A program made the position numbers and the translations under genes. Below are positions 36,676 to 49,413 of a DNA stretch of 64,000 nucleotides, piece after piece. A model generated the notes under the pieces. That model searched no databases. It was not told the origin of the DNA and saw only the letters and a program-made list of their open reading frames with translations. Source of the DNA: Octopus sinensis (lineage: Eukaryota); contig NC_043000.1 in the NCBI RefSeq assembly GCF_006345805.1, positions 114,762,001 to 114,826,000 on the forward strand, written 5' to 3'. Numbering within the stretch: position 1 is the stretch's first letter; each line of letters begins with the position of its first letter.

Positions 36676-38924
36676 ATCATCATCATCGTTTAACGTCCGT
36701 TTTCCATACTAGCATGGGTTTGACAGTTTGACCAGGGTCTGGGAAGCCAGGAGGCTGCACCAGGCTCCAGTCTGATCTGGCAGTGTTTCTACAGCAGGAT
36801 GCCCTTCCTAATGCCAACCACTCCGTGAGTGTAGTGGGTGCTTTTTACGTGCCACCGGCATAGGTGCCAGGGGAGGCTGGCAAACAGCCACGATTGGTTG
36901 GTTCTTTTTACATGCTACCAGCATGGAAGCCAGTCGAGACTGCGCTGGCATCGACCACGTTTGGATGGTGCTTTTTACGTGCCACCAGCACTGGTATCAC
37001 AGCTACAATTTCCATTTGATTTTTTTTATGTTGATGTACTTGACTCATTAGGTCTACTCAAGTACAGCAGGTTGCCCTACAATCCAAGGTAAGCACAGCA
37101 GGCCGTTCTGTGATCCAAGGTACTTTGGATGGACTAGGGCTTCTATGGGAAGCTGGTGCAGGAAACAGCCATGAACTTACGTTATTTGTTGGGTCTTTAT
37201 ACATATCCTTATCAGTTATTAAGACATTAAGACATGAACACTATGCACATATATACATATATGTACATGTATGTACATTTCTCTGTTTGTTTGTTTCTTT
37301 TGTTATTTGAAAAAAGTTTGTTTTCTAAGTATTTGTTTTTCTATATTCTTGTTTCTCACTCTGTCCATGTTTTTTTATGTCTTGTACCCATATCAAGGGC
37401 CTGGAAACAGGGGGTGCAGTGGGTGCACCTGCACTCCCTAGAATTTTCAGTGGGTGCAAGATCAAAATTTGCACCCCCTTCATAATCTGACCAGTTTCAG
37501 AAAAAATGTGTCTAAAATCTATCGGTATAAAATGCTTAAGTTCGATCTCGTTTCAAAACAAAAAATAAATAAATGAAAGTGATGAAGCTGGCATAAAATT
37601 CCCTAGGGAGTTCATGACCACTAACTTCTGAAGGAAAGTAGTGTCAGAATACAAAAAAATAAGTGACAATAAGAACAGTAGCAGCAACAATAACAACAAC
37701 AAAACCAGCATGTATAAATTGTTAATTTTGAATATATAGCATTACTTGAATTATTGAAGACAGCTGTCACCCAGTTAAAATGTGTCACTCTCTCTTTCTG
37801 TCTGTCAATACTTCTCTCCATCTTTCAGTACCACTCCCAAGTTCTTTGTAATTGGTGTTGCTAAAGACTTAAAACATGGTTGAATGGATTCTACCGTTTG
37901 ACCCCAGTCTACAAATAAACCCTTTCAAAATTCTTTCAGTCAAAACGATTTTCTCATATAGGTTGTTAGGTCCAAAATGTGCATGAAAAAATTATTTGAA
38001 AGTAAAAACTTTGAAAGGAAACATTTAACTATAATTAATTGCAAACCAAAATTACGAAATAAATTTGTAAAGCCACACATCCGCTTCTATTCTTACTCAG
38101 TGGTACCCCATACTGCTTTCAACATTTGGTGGACATTGTCTCCGGTTTCTACCTTTCCTATCCTCTTCTCTGTAAAACATTTCCTATCTATTTCTACCGT
38201 TCTTTCTCTCTACACATCTTCTTTTCTCTCTTTACTACCTTTCATTTCTTCCTGTCTTTATCACTGTTAACCACCTCCTGTCTACCTTTATTGCCTTCTT
38301 TCTCTACACTTCCTCTTTCTTTCTACCTGCACTCCCACGTCAATGGGTCTTCCCTGCGTCCACCTTTTTGGTGCAAAACGACCATTCAATATCCCATACC
38401 ATTATCTGCTTGACCACTGGCTGGGTAAGTGCCTTTTTTTTTTTACAACTCCAGTCTAGCATTCACTTCAACCTTGATTCTCCTTTTCATTTTTCATTCA
38501 ATCTTTACTTTCCTTTTGTCTTTATTCCTCTCTCTCTGCTCTTTTTATCCTTCTCTTGAGTTCCTTAGGAAATAGTTTACTTTTCGCATTTCTACTAACA
38601 AATCATATCTTAAAGACATAGTTTAGGCAGAATGCCTTATATATTGATGACTTTCATTTTTTATCTTGCCTTAATTCTGTCGTATTTATCAATCAAAAGT
38701 CTTCCTGCGTATATATAAAATAGTATCTGCGTCATATTTGTTTCCGATACTGTCCTGCTTTTTCCTTTTATATAGAAAACACTGATTTAATTAGTTTGAT
38801 AAGTGCCTCTGCATGAAACTCTCGAACCTTCAGTCACTATGTAACTTTCGCCGATCAATAAATCTATACTTATTATTTGAGCCTGACTCAACATGAGTTC
38901 TATTTTTCATGTTTGAACCACTAC

Positions 38925-38967
38925 GCCTCTGATGAGAACCCAATAAGGTTCAAAAATCGATTAAGGT
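38925..38967 (+). ncRNA. Minimal hammerhead ribozyme with one core mutation
   Basis: GCCU-CUGAUGA-GAACC(caauaa)GGUUC-AAAA(for GAAA)-AUCGAU-UA-AGGU, with a palindromic stem III. Confidence 0.65.
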
Positions 38968-39007
38968 TGTTCATCTTTTTTTCAATCTACGGAGAAATGG
39001 CTAAATT

Positions 39008-39269
39008 GGTACTACTTAAGAAGAGTGGTCCCAGTGCGCGCATCCGCGCTAGCTAGTCGTGACTAGTCGATCCTACAACGACTAGCAAAGTAAATAAAAC
39101 ACAAAATAAATCATTTTTTACACAAAGTAAATAATTTTTTTAAAAACAAAGTAAATCATTTTTTAAACAAAGTAAATAAAACCCCAAAACACAAAGGATC
39201 AACTAGTCATAACTAGCTAGTGTGGATGTGCAAGTGCGCGCACCGGGACCACTCTTCTTAAGTAGTACC
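39008..39269. mobile_element. Second copy of the MULE-like MITE
   Basis: TIR ggtactacttaagaagagtggtccc; 9-bp TSD ggctaaatt at 38999-39007 and 39270-39278. Confidence 0.88.
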
Positions 39270-39404
39270 GGCTAAATTTGCACTCTTTATAAATATATGA
39301 TATTTATATAAATAGACCTCGTAAGGATACCAGCTACCTAATGGTTTCACGGCGAATTGGGGCCCCAGATGATCTTAGTAAAGTCATTGGGGAGAATCCC
39401 AGCT

Positions 39405-39610
39405 GATAATCCCTACTTTAGTGATTTGACCTCATCTTATCTATATCCCCTACATATATATATATATATATAAAAAATACTCGGTTAGGAACCAATATCA
39501 TAGTGATGATGTCTTATCAGCTGTTGAAAACTTGTTTAACTAATAGGATAGCTTCTTTTCCAAGGCAATCGAAGCGATGAATCGCTGAAAGAAGTATGTA
39601 GATGATCTTT
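39405..39610 (+). mobile_element. Highly decayed mariner transposase C-terminal remnant
   Basis: PYFSDLTSSY (cf. PYSPDLAPSDY), then ...YHSDDDVLSAVENLF...*KKYVD. Confidence 0.5.
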
Positions 39611-41354
39611 TCTGTTTGATTTTCACTTTTCAATTACCTCAATTTTGTTCCAATTTCCAAAATGTGTATTGTTCACATGTTTATCCAGCATTTCACAAAA
39701 CTTTGTTAAAACTTCCATCGTTGAATGTTTTAACATTGTAATGTTGTCTCCTTATATGGCCACTGACCCATATATGCATATATATATATATATATATATA
39801 TGTGTGCGTGCGTATCTCTATATTATAATTCTGAAATGTGAAAAGTTTGTTTGTTTGTCTGGTTTTGGCATTGAGAACGGGTTAAAGGCCACTAGATCCC
39901 ATCAGATTGACTCCAAAATTTACAGGGACATGTAAAATGAGATGAGGATGCAAGTGGGCTAGGTTAGAAAACCCCATCTTAAAAGGTGTCGTTGCTAGGA
40001 CCAAAAATGCACTTTGACAAGTCTACTGTCATTCTTTTATGTATCTGTCTTCCTCCATCACTCACTCTCTTTCCTCCCTTCCCATCACAGTCTATCTATA
40101 ACGTCGTTTCACAGCGTCTACCTCCATTCACTTTCTCTTTATAACGTCGTTTCACAGCGTTCTATATCTTCCCCCCCCCCCGCCTTCGACAGCGCTTTCA
40201 CACTCTCTCTCTCTCTCTATGTCTGTCTGCATTCATAGAGAGAATTATCATCGCTAGCACCACCACACAATCATGAGAACAAATATTATGAATCAGATAT
40301 TTATTGGGTTAATTTATATGTGTGTGTGTGTGTTCTATATATAAATATGTATATATAATGTATATATACATCATCATCATCATCATCATCATTTAGCGTC
40401 CGTTCTCCATGCTAGCATGGGTTGGACGGTTCAACTGGGGTCTGTGAAGCTGGAAGGCTTCATCAGGCCCAGTCAGATCTGGCAGTGTTTCTACGGCTGG
40501 ATGCCCTTCCTAACACCAACCACTCCGTGAGTGTAGTGGGTGCTTTTTACGTGCCACCTGCACAGGTGTATATAATGTATATATACAAAGTATATATATC
40601 TGTATTTATGCATATTAAACTTTTTAATACTTTTTGATAGTTATATATATTTTTTTTAAAATTATAAATATAAATTAATAATTTTAATTTTAAATTTAAA
40701 TAATTTAAATTTTTCAATTTTATATTTTATATATTTTGTATATTATATTTTTATTTTTATGTTTTTCACTGTTTCATTTGCCTATTAGTGGTTTTATCTC
40801 TAATTTAATTTATATATATATATATATATATAATTTGTATATATAATGCATGCACACACACACACACACACACACATATACATATACATATATATATCTC
40901 TTATTATAAAAGGCAGATTTTATCTGCCTTCCTTTGGGAGTTATAGAAATCTACAATATAGGATTTCTTCAATTACAATTTACCTAGCACTTTTAAGAGT
41001 ACAATGCATCGCGTCATGCCAGGTCCAGTTTTTAAAATTTAAACTCCAATTAAGCAAAATTTACAGAAAACTCACATTCTGGTGTGTGTGTCAAATGCTT
41101 TTCTTAGTCTGGTTTACACCACACGCAAACGCACACACACAGTGGGCAACGAATAAAATGAAAGTAATTCACTTACTGTAGTGAGTGATTCTTTCACTCT
41201 GCCTCCCACTTCCTCTTTCCACACAGACACGCAAATATATAAATAAAATTGTAAGCTAACGTGCGTGTGTGTGTGAGGGTGCGTGTGTGTGTGTGTGCGT
41301 GAGTGTGTGACAGGAAAGTTTTTTACGACGAATATAAGACCTATATCCAAGTAG

Positions 41355-41625
41355 CAGAAAGATAAGACAGTAAGGTGTGATTTGAGGGAGATTTGGCTGC
41401 TATTTCTAACATGTCTAGCTGCCATGCAGGGGTCTCCCTCATAGGCTCATACATACATATATACATAGATAAGACAGTAAGGTGTGATTTTGGGGAAATT
41501 TGGCTGCTATTTCTACCAGGTCTAGCTACCATGTAGAGGTCCCCCCTCATTGGCTCATATATATATACATACATAAGACAGTAAGGTGTGATTTGAGGGA
41601 GATTTGGCTGCTGTTTCTACCAGGT
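41355..41625. repeat. Three tandem ~105-115-bp copies of a retroposon-derived segment
   Basis: taagacagtaaggtgtgattt(g/t)..gga.atttggctgct at ~41363, 41470 and 41573. Confidence 0.85.
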
Positions 41626-41987
41626 CTGTTAGGCCTTCTCATGTAAACTCAAGCTTTCTCATGCCTTGAACATAAGACCAAAGCAGAGAATGTATTCTTT
41701 TATTCTTCTGCTTTTTCCAGCCATTGGTCTGTGGCCATGCTGGGGCAATGCCTTGAAGAATTGTAGTTTAATGAATCAACTCCAGTTTTATTTTTGTAAG
41801 CATTGTACTTATTCTATCTGTTTCCTTTGTCAAACCACTAGGTGACAGGGATGTAAACAAACCAACATTCGTTGTCAAGCAGTGGTGGAGGACAATCACA
41901 AGCACAGACACGCACACATACATGCATACACATATACACACATACATACATACATACATATATATATATATGTGTGTATATATATAT

Positions 41988-42305
41988 TGCAGCGTGGAAG
42001 GTGTTTGTAAGCCATTTAAGAAACACAAAAACCGTTACATTCACTTCAACATTTAAATTTAATTTGCCAAAATATTTTCGTCGCTTTCAGACCGCGACCT
42101 GTTCACTGACAAAAATATCGTGCTAACAGGTCGCGGTCTCAAAGTGACGAAAATATTTTGACAAATTAAATTTAAATGTTGAAGTGAATCTAACGGTTTT
42201 TGTGTGTTTCTTAAATGGCTTATAAACACCTTCAACGCTGCAACTGTTTTCATTCCAGCACACGATCTCAGATCAAGTCACTTGCTATGCAAGTACATCT
42301 CTGTA
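41988..42305. mobile_element. Fold-back insert (arms ~41988-42102 / 42125-42242) with a unique tail; Penelope-like pLTR
   Basis: Inverted arms with few mismatches, flanked by (TA)n; contains a hammerhead-like motif. Confidence 0.75.
42063..42113 (-). ncRNA. Variant hammerhead ribozyme with a G3-C8 core
   Basis: UUUGUCA-GUGAACA-G-GUCGC(ggucugaaa)GCGAC-GAAA-AUAU-UU-UGGCAAA; stem I is perfect using the other arm (UGACAAA). Confidence 0.65.
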
Positions 42306-42407
42306 ACTATATATATATTTATATATATATATATTTATGTATATTGGTAAAAACAGTAAGATAACAAAAGAAAGAAAGAGACCTCAATATTATGTAAATA
42401 GAGGAAA

Positions 42408-42800
42408 TCTTTATATATAAAAGTGAGGTTGTGTGTCTGTCTCCTACGATTTAGATTCCTAACTACTCCCACATTTTGCGGTGCAGTTTAACCAAAACCG
42501 GGTATCTTATAGTCGTGATTCATATCGAGACCGTCTGGGTATTAGCACACGTCTACGATGAGTCTATGATTTAAAAAAAATTTACCATCAATTTTTCCCA
42601 TTTTTAATCCATTTTTGACATATATAAGGGAAGTAACTCTCTAAAATTTATTATTAAATCTCAGAACGTAAAAAGCTACAGTAACACCCCTCCCCCTTTG
42701 TGGTTAGCCATATTGAGATGGCTATTATACTTTACATCTCTAAAAATGCTTATATAATTATTTCCCTTACAAACCCGAGCAACGCCGGGCGATACTGCTA

Positions 42801-42801
<1 letters not shown>
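42408..42801 (+). mobile_element. Non-autonomous Helitron; other Helitron-like 5' ends at 39815 and 40897
   Basis: 5' A|TCTTTATATATAAAA, subterminal hairpin cccgagcaacgccggg, 3' CTAG|T, no TSD. Confidence 0.85.
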
Positions 42802-42833
<32 letters not shown>

Positions 42834-44888
42834 GTGTGCATTATGTGGTCGGTTGAGCTGAAAATATGCACACCTATGTTAAAAGTGCTGGCGAGTTTGC
42901 ATGACAACTATTTTTTTCCTCAAATGAAAGGCATGACCTCTAGGACAAAATTCCTCATCTTATAAAATGTGGCCCCAGTACACCCGAATGAAATCGGGTT
43001 ATATTAACCAAAATGTGAAAAGGGGTCTAAATGGGGCTGGAAGGGGATTAAAATTTACAGGAGCGGGTGTTTAGGAATTCTCTGTTACATCAAGCTAAAA
43101 AATTTGCGTCAGCCTTTTAATCGTCAATGTGTTGCCATCCATGATGAAGTTTTGAATGTTAGTGTTTTGCTGTCTGCCTTGAAGCAGACCTTTCCGTTGT
43201 CACTGCCTGATATTTATGATTGATCTTTCAAAATATTTTATTTCTCAACTTACTCAAGATCTTTTATTGTTTATAAATGGGAGAGAGATAGATAAAGATA
43301 GAGAGTAAGAGAAAGCGAGGGAGAGTCTGAGAGAAAAGAAAAGCAAGAGAATGGAAAAGTGAGAGAGAAAGGAGAGAGAAACAAAGAGGGAGAATCATCA
43401 TCATCGTTTAACGTCCGTTTTCCGTGCTAGCACAGGTTGGACAGTTTGACCAGGGTCTGGGAAGCCAGGAGGCTGCACCAGGCTCTAGTCTGATCTGGCA
43501 GGGTTTCTACAGCTGGATGCCCTTCCTAACACCAACCACTCTGAGTGTAGTGAGTGCTTTTTTTCGTGCCATCGGCACAGGTGCCAGGGGGGCTGGCAGC
43601 GGCCATGATTGGTTGATGCTTTTTACGTGCCACCGGCACAGAAGCCAGTCAAGGCGGCGCTGCCATCGGCCACGTTCGGATGGTACTTTTTACGTGCTGA
43701 AAGGAATCAACAGAAAGTAACAACCACACTCTTACCCGCATGTAGAGCGGGTCACCTTAAGCTAGTATATATATATACATATATGTATATATATATATGC
43801 ATATATGTATATATATATATATGCATATACTTATATATTATTTATATTATTATATGATCGAATGCCACGCATCCATTTCCAAGTGAGTTTTATCATAATA
43901 GTTATGATGTTCACTCTTATTCTATCTCTTTTCTGTCTATCTATCTCCCTCTTTTGTTCTTCTTTCTTTCTGTTTTTCTCTCCCACCTTTTTCCTATTCT
44001 TCTCCTCTCCCCTTCACCATTTTCTCTCTCTCTCTTTCTCTCACTCTTCCTCCTTGACTCCCTCATTGCTCACACGTGACCAACAGCCATTCTCTCTTTC
44101 TTCTACTTCCTTCCAAGACGAGACGTGCTTTTATCTGTCTTTTCTCGAAGCTTGTTTTTCTAAGCGTTCACCACTTCACATCGTCTTGGCTTAACAGCCC
44201 TCACCATTATTTTTACTGTTTTGTTCTCACTGTCCTGTTTTTATTATCACTTTCACCCATCACAGAAAATCCCAAATTTTATTCAATTTTCTTTGCGGGA
44301 AGGACTGTTTTAATGAAGTTGCGTCTTGTCCTTACCTTCGAAATGCGGAGTAGATAAAACAAGGGACAACTGATGAAGCGAATGTTCTTTATTTTGTATG
44401 TCTCGTTTCTCTGTTTGTTTGTTTCTTTCGTTGTTCGAAAAAAAGTTCGTTTTCTATGTTTTTGTTTTTTATGCTCTTGTTTCTCATTCTGTCCACGTTT
44501 TTTTGATGTCCTGTATCCATATATGCATGTATATATATATATGTAGGTATGTACATATATCTATGTATATATGCATATATTTATAATTTATTTGAGGTCG
44601 TTGCCAGTGCCGCTGCACTGGCTCCTGTGCAGGTGGCACGTAAAAAAACACCATTTGAGCATTGCCGTTGCCAGTACCACCTGACTGGCTCTCGTGCCAG
44701 TGGCACGTAAAAGTACCCACTACACTCTCGGGATGGTTGGCATTAGGAAGGGCATCCAGCTGTAGAAACTCTGCCAGTTCAAGATTGGAGCCTGGTGCAG
44801 CCATCTGGTTCACCAGTTCTCAGTCAAATGGTCCAACCCATGCCAGCATGGAAAGCAGACTTTAAATGATGATGATGATGATGATGAT

Positions 44889-44930
<42 letters not shown>

Positions 44931-45258
44931 GTGTGTGTGTGTGTGTGTGTGTGTGTGGAGGCGCAATGGCCCAATGGTTAGGGCAGCAGACTCGCAGTCG
45001 TAGGATCGCGGTTTCGATTCCCAGACCGGGCGTTCTGAGTGTTTATTGAGCGAAAACACCTAAAAGCTCCACAAGGCTCTGGCAGGTGGTGGGGGGGTGA
45101 TCCCTGCCGTACTTTTTCACCACTCTTTCTCCCACTCTTTCTTCTGTTGGCCTGCTCGCTTAGCCAGCAGGGTGGCGTCATTCGAAGGCTAAAACAATGC
45201 GAACGCATTGTGACCAGCGATGTGTAACTACATCTGATGGACTGGTCGGTCACGTGAT

Positions 45259-45303
<45 letters not shown>

Positions 45304-46314
45304 TTGTTCCTTTATTATTATAAAGATATGAGTGAGTGGACAAAGTAAGGAAAGAGCCCTCAACACATTTATTGGAGGTTCCATGTATTATTCAAAACAG
45401 TTTGATTTAAATTCTGTGCTATTTCAAGTTTTGAGGCCCCTAACGGAGCCTGTAAAGATATTCTTTTATTTGTTTCAGTCATTTGACTGCGGCCATGCTG
45501 GAGCACCGTCTTTAGTCGTGCAAATCGACCCCAGGATTTATTCTTTGTAAGACTAGTAATTATTCTATAGGTCTCTTTTGCCAAACCGCTAAGTTACAGG
45601 GACATAAACACACCACCATCGGTTGTCAAGTGATATTGGGGGGGGGGGGGGCAAACACAGACACACACACAGATATATACATATATATGTATATTGACAG
45701 GGCAAGACTGCTAGGTAGTCTGCCGCATTATTTAAATATATATATATATGACAGGCTTCTTTGAGTTTCCATCTATCAAATCCACTCACAAGGCTTTTGT
45801 TGGCCCATGACTATAACAGAAGACACTTGCTCAAGGTGCCATGCAGTGGGACTGAACCCAGAACCATGTCGAGAAATTTTTAAACATCAAATGTTTATGA
45901 GGGTTCACCAGAGTAAAATAGAAACAAAGGAGTTCAAAGGTAAAAAAAAAAGGGGTTGAACACCACTGCCCTAAACAATGACAACAGGGTGACAAGATGT
46001 GTAATTCTGGGATTATAAGATTACAAAGGGTTACAGGACCTAAGTTAGCACATCCAAAGTTCAATTCGAAACCGTGTTTGTAATCACCTCAACTTTGGCT
46101 ACAACATTAATTGCATCATAGTGTTATTATCTAATGACTAACAACAGCCTCTTTTTTAGTATAGAGTCTAATTACTGTTTTTCTTTTGAAGAAAACAAGA
46201 ACGGGTGGGGTGGGGTGGAGGGGACACTCTGAACTTTCCTGAACTATAAAATAATATAAAAAATGTATGTGATGCTCCAATAATCTAACCCCCTCCCCGA
46301 CCATCCTTCTTCTA

Positions 46315-46670
46315 TACATGCATTTATATATATGTATGTATGTATGTTGTGTGTATGTGCGTGCATGCATGTGTGTGTGTATATACATGTGTGTGTGTGT
46401 GTGAATGTGTGCATGTATGTGTGTGTATGCATGTGTGTGCGTGCATGCATATGTGTGTGTGCATGTGTTTGTGTGCATGTGTATGCATGTATGTATATAT
46501 GTTGTGTATTAGTGTATGCATGTGTGTGCATGCATGTGTGTGTGGGTATATGTGAATATGTGTGTGTGCATACATGTGTGACTGTATGCGTGTGTCTGCA
46601 TGTATGTGTGCGTTTGTGTGTATGTGTGTGTGTGTGCATGCGTGTGTGTGTGTGTGTGAGTGTGTGTGTA
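46315..46670. repeat. Degenerate (TG/TATG)n microsatellite
   Basis: Direct inspection. Confidence 0.95.
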
Positions 46671-46745
46671 AACCTCTCTATTATCACTCAATCCTAATCA
46701 GAATTTCAATCCCTTCACTCACCTGCTTGTTCTGTCATACCAATA

Positions 46746-46785
<40 letters not shown>

Positions 46786-46929
46786 TCACCATCTCAACTA
46801 TGGACTGCATAAATCGAACCTTCCTCCTTTCAATAAACAAAAATGAAATCCCTCACATGTCACACTCAATCTCACCTTCACACTCAAAAGCACATGCACT
46901 CACACTCAAGATCACAATCAAAATATCTC

Positions 46930-47395
46930 GATTACCACCATCACCCTCATCATTAGCACCACCACCACCACAACCACCACCATTACCCTCATCATTAGCA
47001 CCATCACCACCACCACCATCATCACCACCATTATCACCACAACCACCACCCTCACCACCATCACCCTCATTATTAGCACCACCATCACCACCACCACTAC
47101 CACCATCACTCCATCACTCTTGCCTTTTTCCTCTCCCTCCCTCTCACGCGTCTTTCCCTCTCTCATCCTCATTCAACACCACACCACCACACTCCTGCAC
47201 CCTCACACCATCATATCCACTAATCCAGCTTCACTGCCAAATCTCCTCAACATTGCCTTCTAAATACCACCACCGCCGCAACCAACACCACCACCAACAT
47301 CCCCTGCTAATACCACCACAATCACCAATGACACCACCGACGGCACCACCACCACCAACAACAATAACAACGCTACCCCCAACACCCTCTCCGTG
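46930..47395. repeat. Degenerate (CCA)n/(CAT)n low-complexity tract
   Basis: Direct inspection; it produces the spurious Pro-rich ORF. Confidence 0.85.
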
Positions 47396-49099
47396 ATTCA
47401 AATTGATCACATGACACGTTGTTGTATTCTTAGTAAAATTATGATGGATCAACGAGAAGGTTGTACAATACAATGTTATCTTGTTACCAAGAGGAATAAA
47501 AATGGAAATCTTAGAATGAGGACTTCCTTATAAGGAGAAAATATTACGTATTTCGGACAATCTACGAAAAGAATTTACTGCAACTGCAACAACAACGACA
47601 AGACTTAATCTGTGTTTTAGCACCGTCCCCCCACCCCCACCGTCACCGCCACCACCTGGCCCTTTGGTGGCCACTAGTGGAGTTCATTCTGATTTCAGTA
47701 TTTGGGCCAAGGTCATTGGTCTGAAGATAGCTTCTTTCTTTATTGCCCCTCAGTCACAGGGACCCCGAAGGGGTTTGTGGTTAATGACCTTACCCCTCTG
47801 ACTGAATCGTAAAAAAAAGGAACAAAAAGAACAGATATATCCCAAAAACCAAAACAATAGCAATAATAATAATAATAATAATAATAGTTAATAATATAAT
47901 AGAATCGAAAGAAAATGTCGCTCTTTTCCAATGTTTTACCGTAAGTTGGACATTTTATTTTATATATTTTGTTTCTTTTTTTTATGTTGCATTTGTTATT
48001 GTTGTTGTTTCTTTTCTATTTTTGACCGTCATCATCAGTGCTGATGTCAGCATCATCCTCATCATCATTAAAGTGTACCGCTATGGGTGGTGCAGTACCA
48101 GTACACAGGAGACCCATTGACCACCTATGAATAACCAGCTGAGTAACTCGACGTTGCCAGGTCATTTTCACAACAGAATACTTTTATTTCAGATACCTTT
48201 TATTCACTGTCTAGCCATAGACAGGCCACTTGATCAGGACAGATTTCTGCATTATTTGGAGCAATCTACGTCACGATAAACGAAATAGTTTTGTTTTTCC
48301 ATTTGATGCAGAGATGTAAAAGATTTTCCTTACTTCCAACTCTTAAACATCCAACATGAAGCTTACCAAGGGGGGAAGCAGGGCTCTTCAAGGTGTAAAC
48401 CTGCAACCAAAAATGTTTGCTCTTGTGATTTGTTGATGGCCATGGTAAAACTATGACTCACAGAAATTGAAGTCATTTGAATTGAAATGTGACACAACGT
48501 CCCCTTAGTCTGTGTGACAGAAACTCGTGTTCATATATTATCAAGTCTATTTGTTCTCTGTTCGGGTGTCACCTGAGTTTGCTGCTGCTGCTTTGCAGGG
48601 ATCTTTCAACTCTGTAGCCCTAATGAAATTCCTTACACGCATGCATACACACAAATTCACACACACACACACTCATACAAACACACACACTCAACGTGGA
48701 CAATATACATATACAGAGAAAGGGTGAGATAGTATGGTAAATGTAAAAGAGAAGGCAATGGCAGAGCAAATAGAGGAGAAACCACTCCCTCCAAACACAT
48801 TTTTCAAAATTGACCCCTTTTTCAACAATTTTTTCTCACTCTTTAGTTCACATGTGCGATAAAAGTCGAATCTTTTCTATGTTAACCACATGGCCTTGGA
48901 AAAACTTTCTGGGGTCTTTACTTTATTTGATCAACATCCCATGTTTTTGAATTGTCTGCTCAATCTCTTGTGATGTGTTGGTGACATCTGAAGAACCGAA
49001 ACAAACCCTGACATCATAACCTGGATGATCCTGTGGAGTTTCATCTTTTTCCTGTCACACCAATATCAGTAGTTGGAAGTTTCATACATAATGACATTG

Positions 49100-49413
49100 C
49101 AGTTCTATATTTAAGAGATGAGAAATTATGTACATTATTTACTTTATTTACATTTGACAGATATTTATCCTCATCTTGTTTATTGTTAACACAACGTTCA
49201 ACCCTTCAACCTTTATAAGGTGTCTTGGGGAAATTTCGAACCTGAGTTCTCATTCCTAAGGTAGTTTTTATTTTCTTTAGGAATGAGAACCCAGGTTCAA
49301 AATTTTCCCAAGACACCTGATGAAGGCTGGAGGGTATATCAGCCGAAACGTTGTGTTAACAACAAACAAGATGAGGTCAAATATCCGTCAAATGTAAATA
49401 ATGTGAATAATCT
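49100..49413. mobile_element. Fold-back Penelope-like pLTR insert with 12-bp TSD
   Basis: Arms ~49131-49260 / 49276-49405; TSD ataatgacattg at 49088-49099 and 49414-49425. Confidence 0.8.
49312..49357 (+). ncRNA. Minimal hammerhead ribozyme (stem III reduced to palindromic AACGUU)
   Basis: GACAC-CUGAUGA-A-GGCUG(gaggguauau)CAGCC-GAAA-CG-UU-GUGUU. Confidence 0.75.

Noticed and set aside
39588-39600. 13-nt match to the 3' part of miR-1 (aaagaagtatgta)
   Set aside because: No seed region or hairpin; it lies in a mariner remnant (KKYVD codons)
44300-44400. ctgatgaag and ttcgaaatgcg motifs
   Set aside because: They are in the wrong order or too degenerate to fold as a hammerhead
46800-47396. 198-aa proline-rich (extensin/formin-like) ORF
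   Set aside because: It derives from degenerate (CCA)n; other frames are similarly low-complexity and no splice or domain support was found
48083-48130. Short ATG ORF MGGAVPVHRRPIDHL
   Set aside because: Too short, with no homology or splice support
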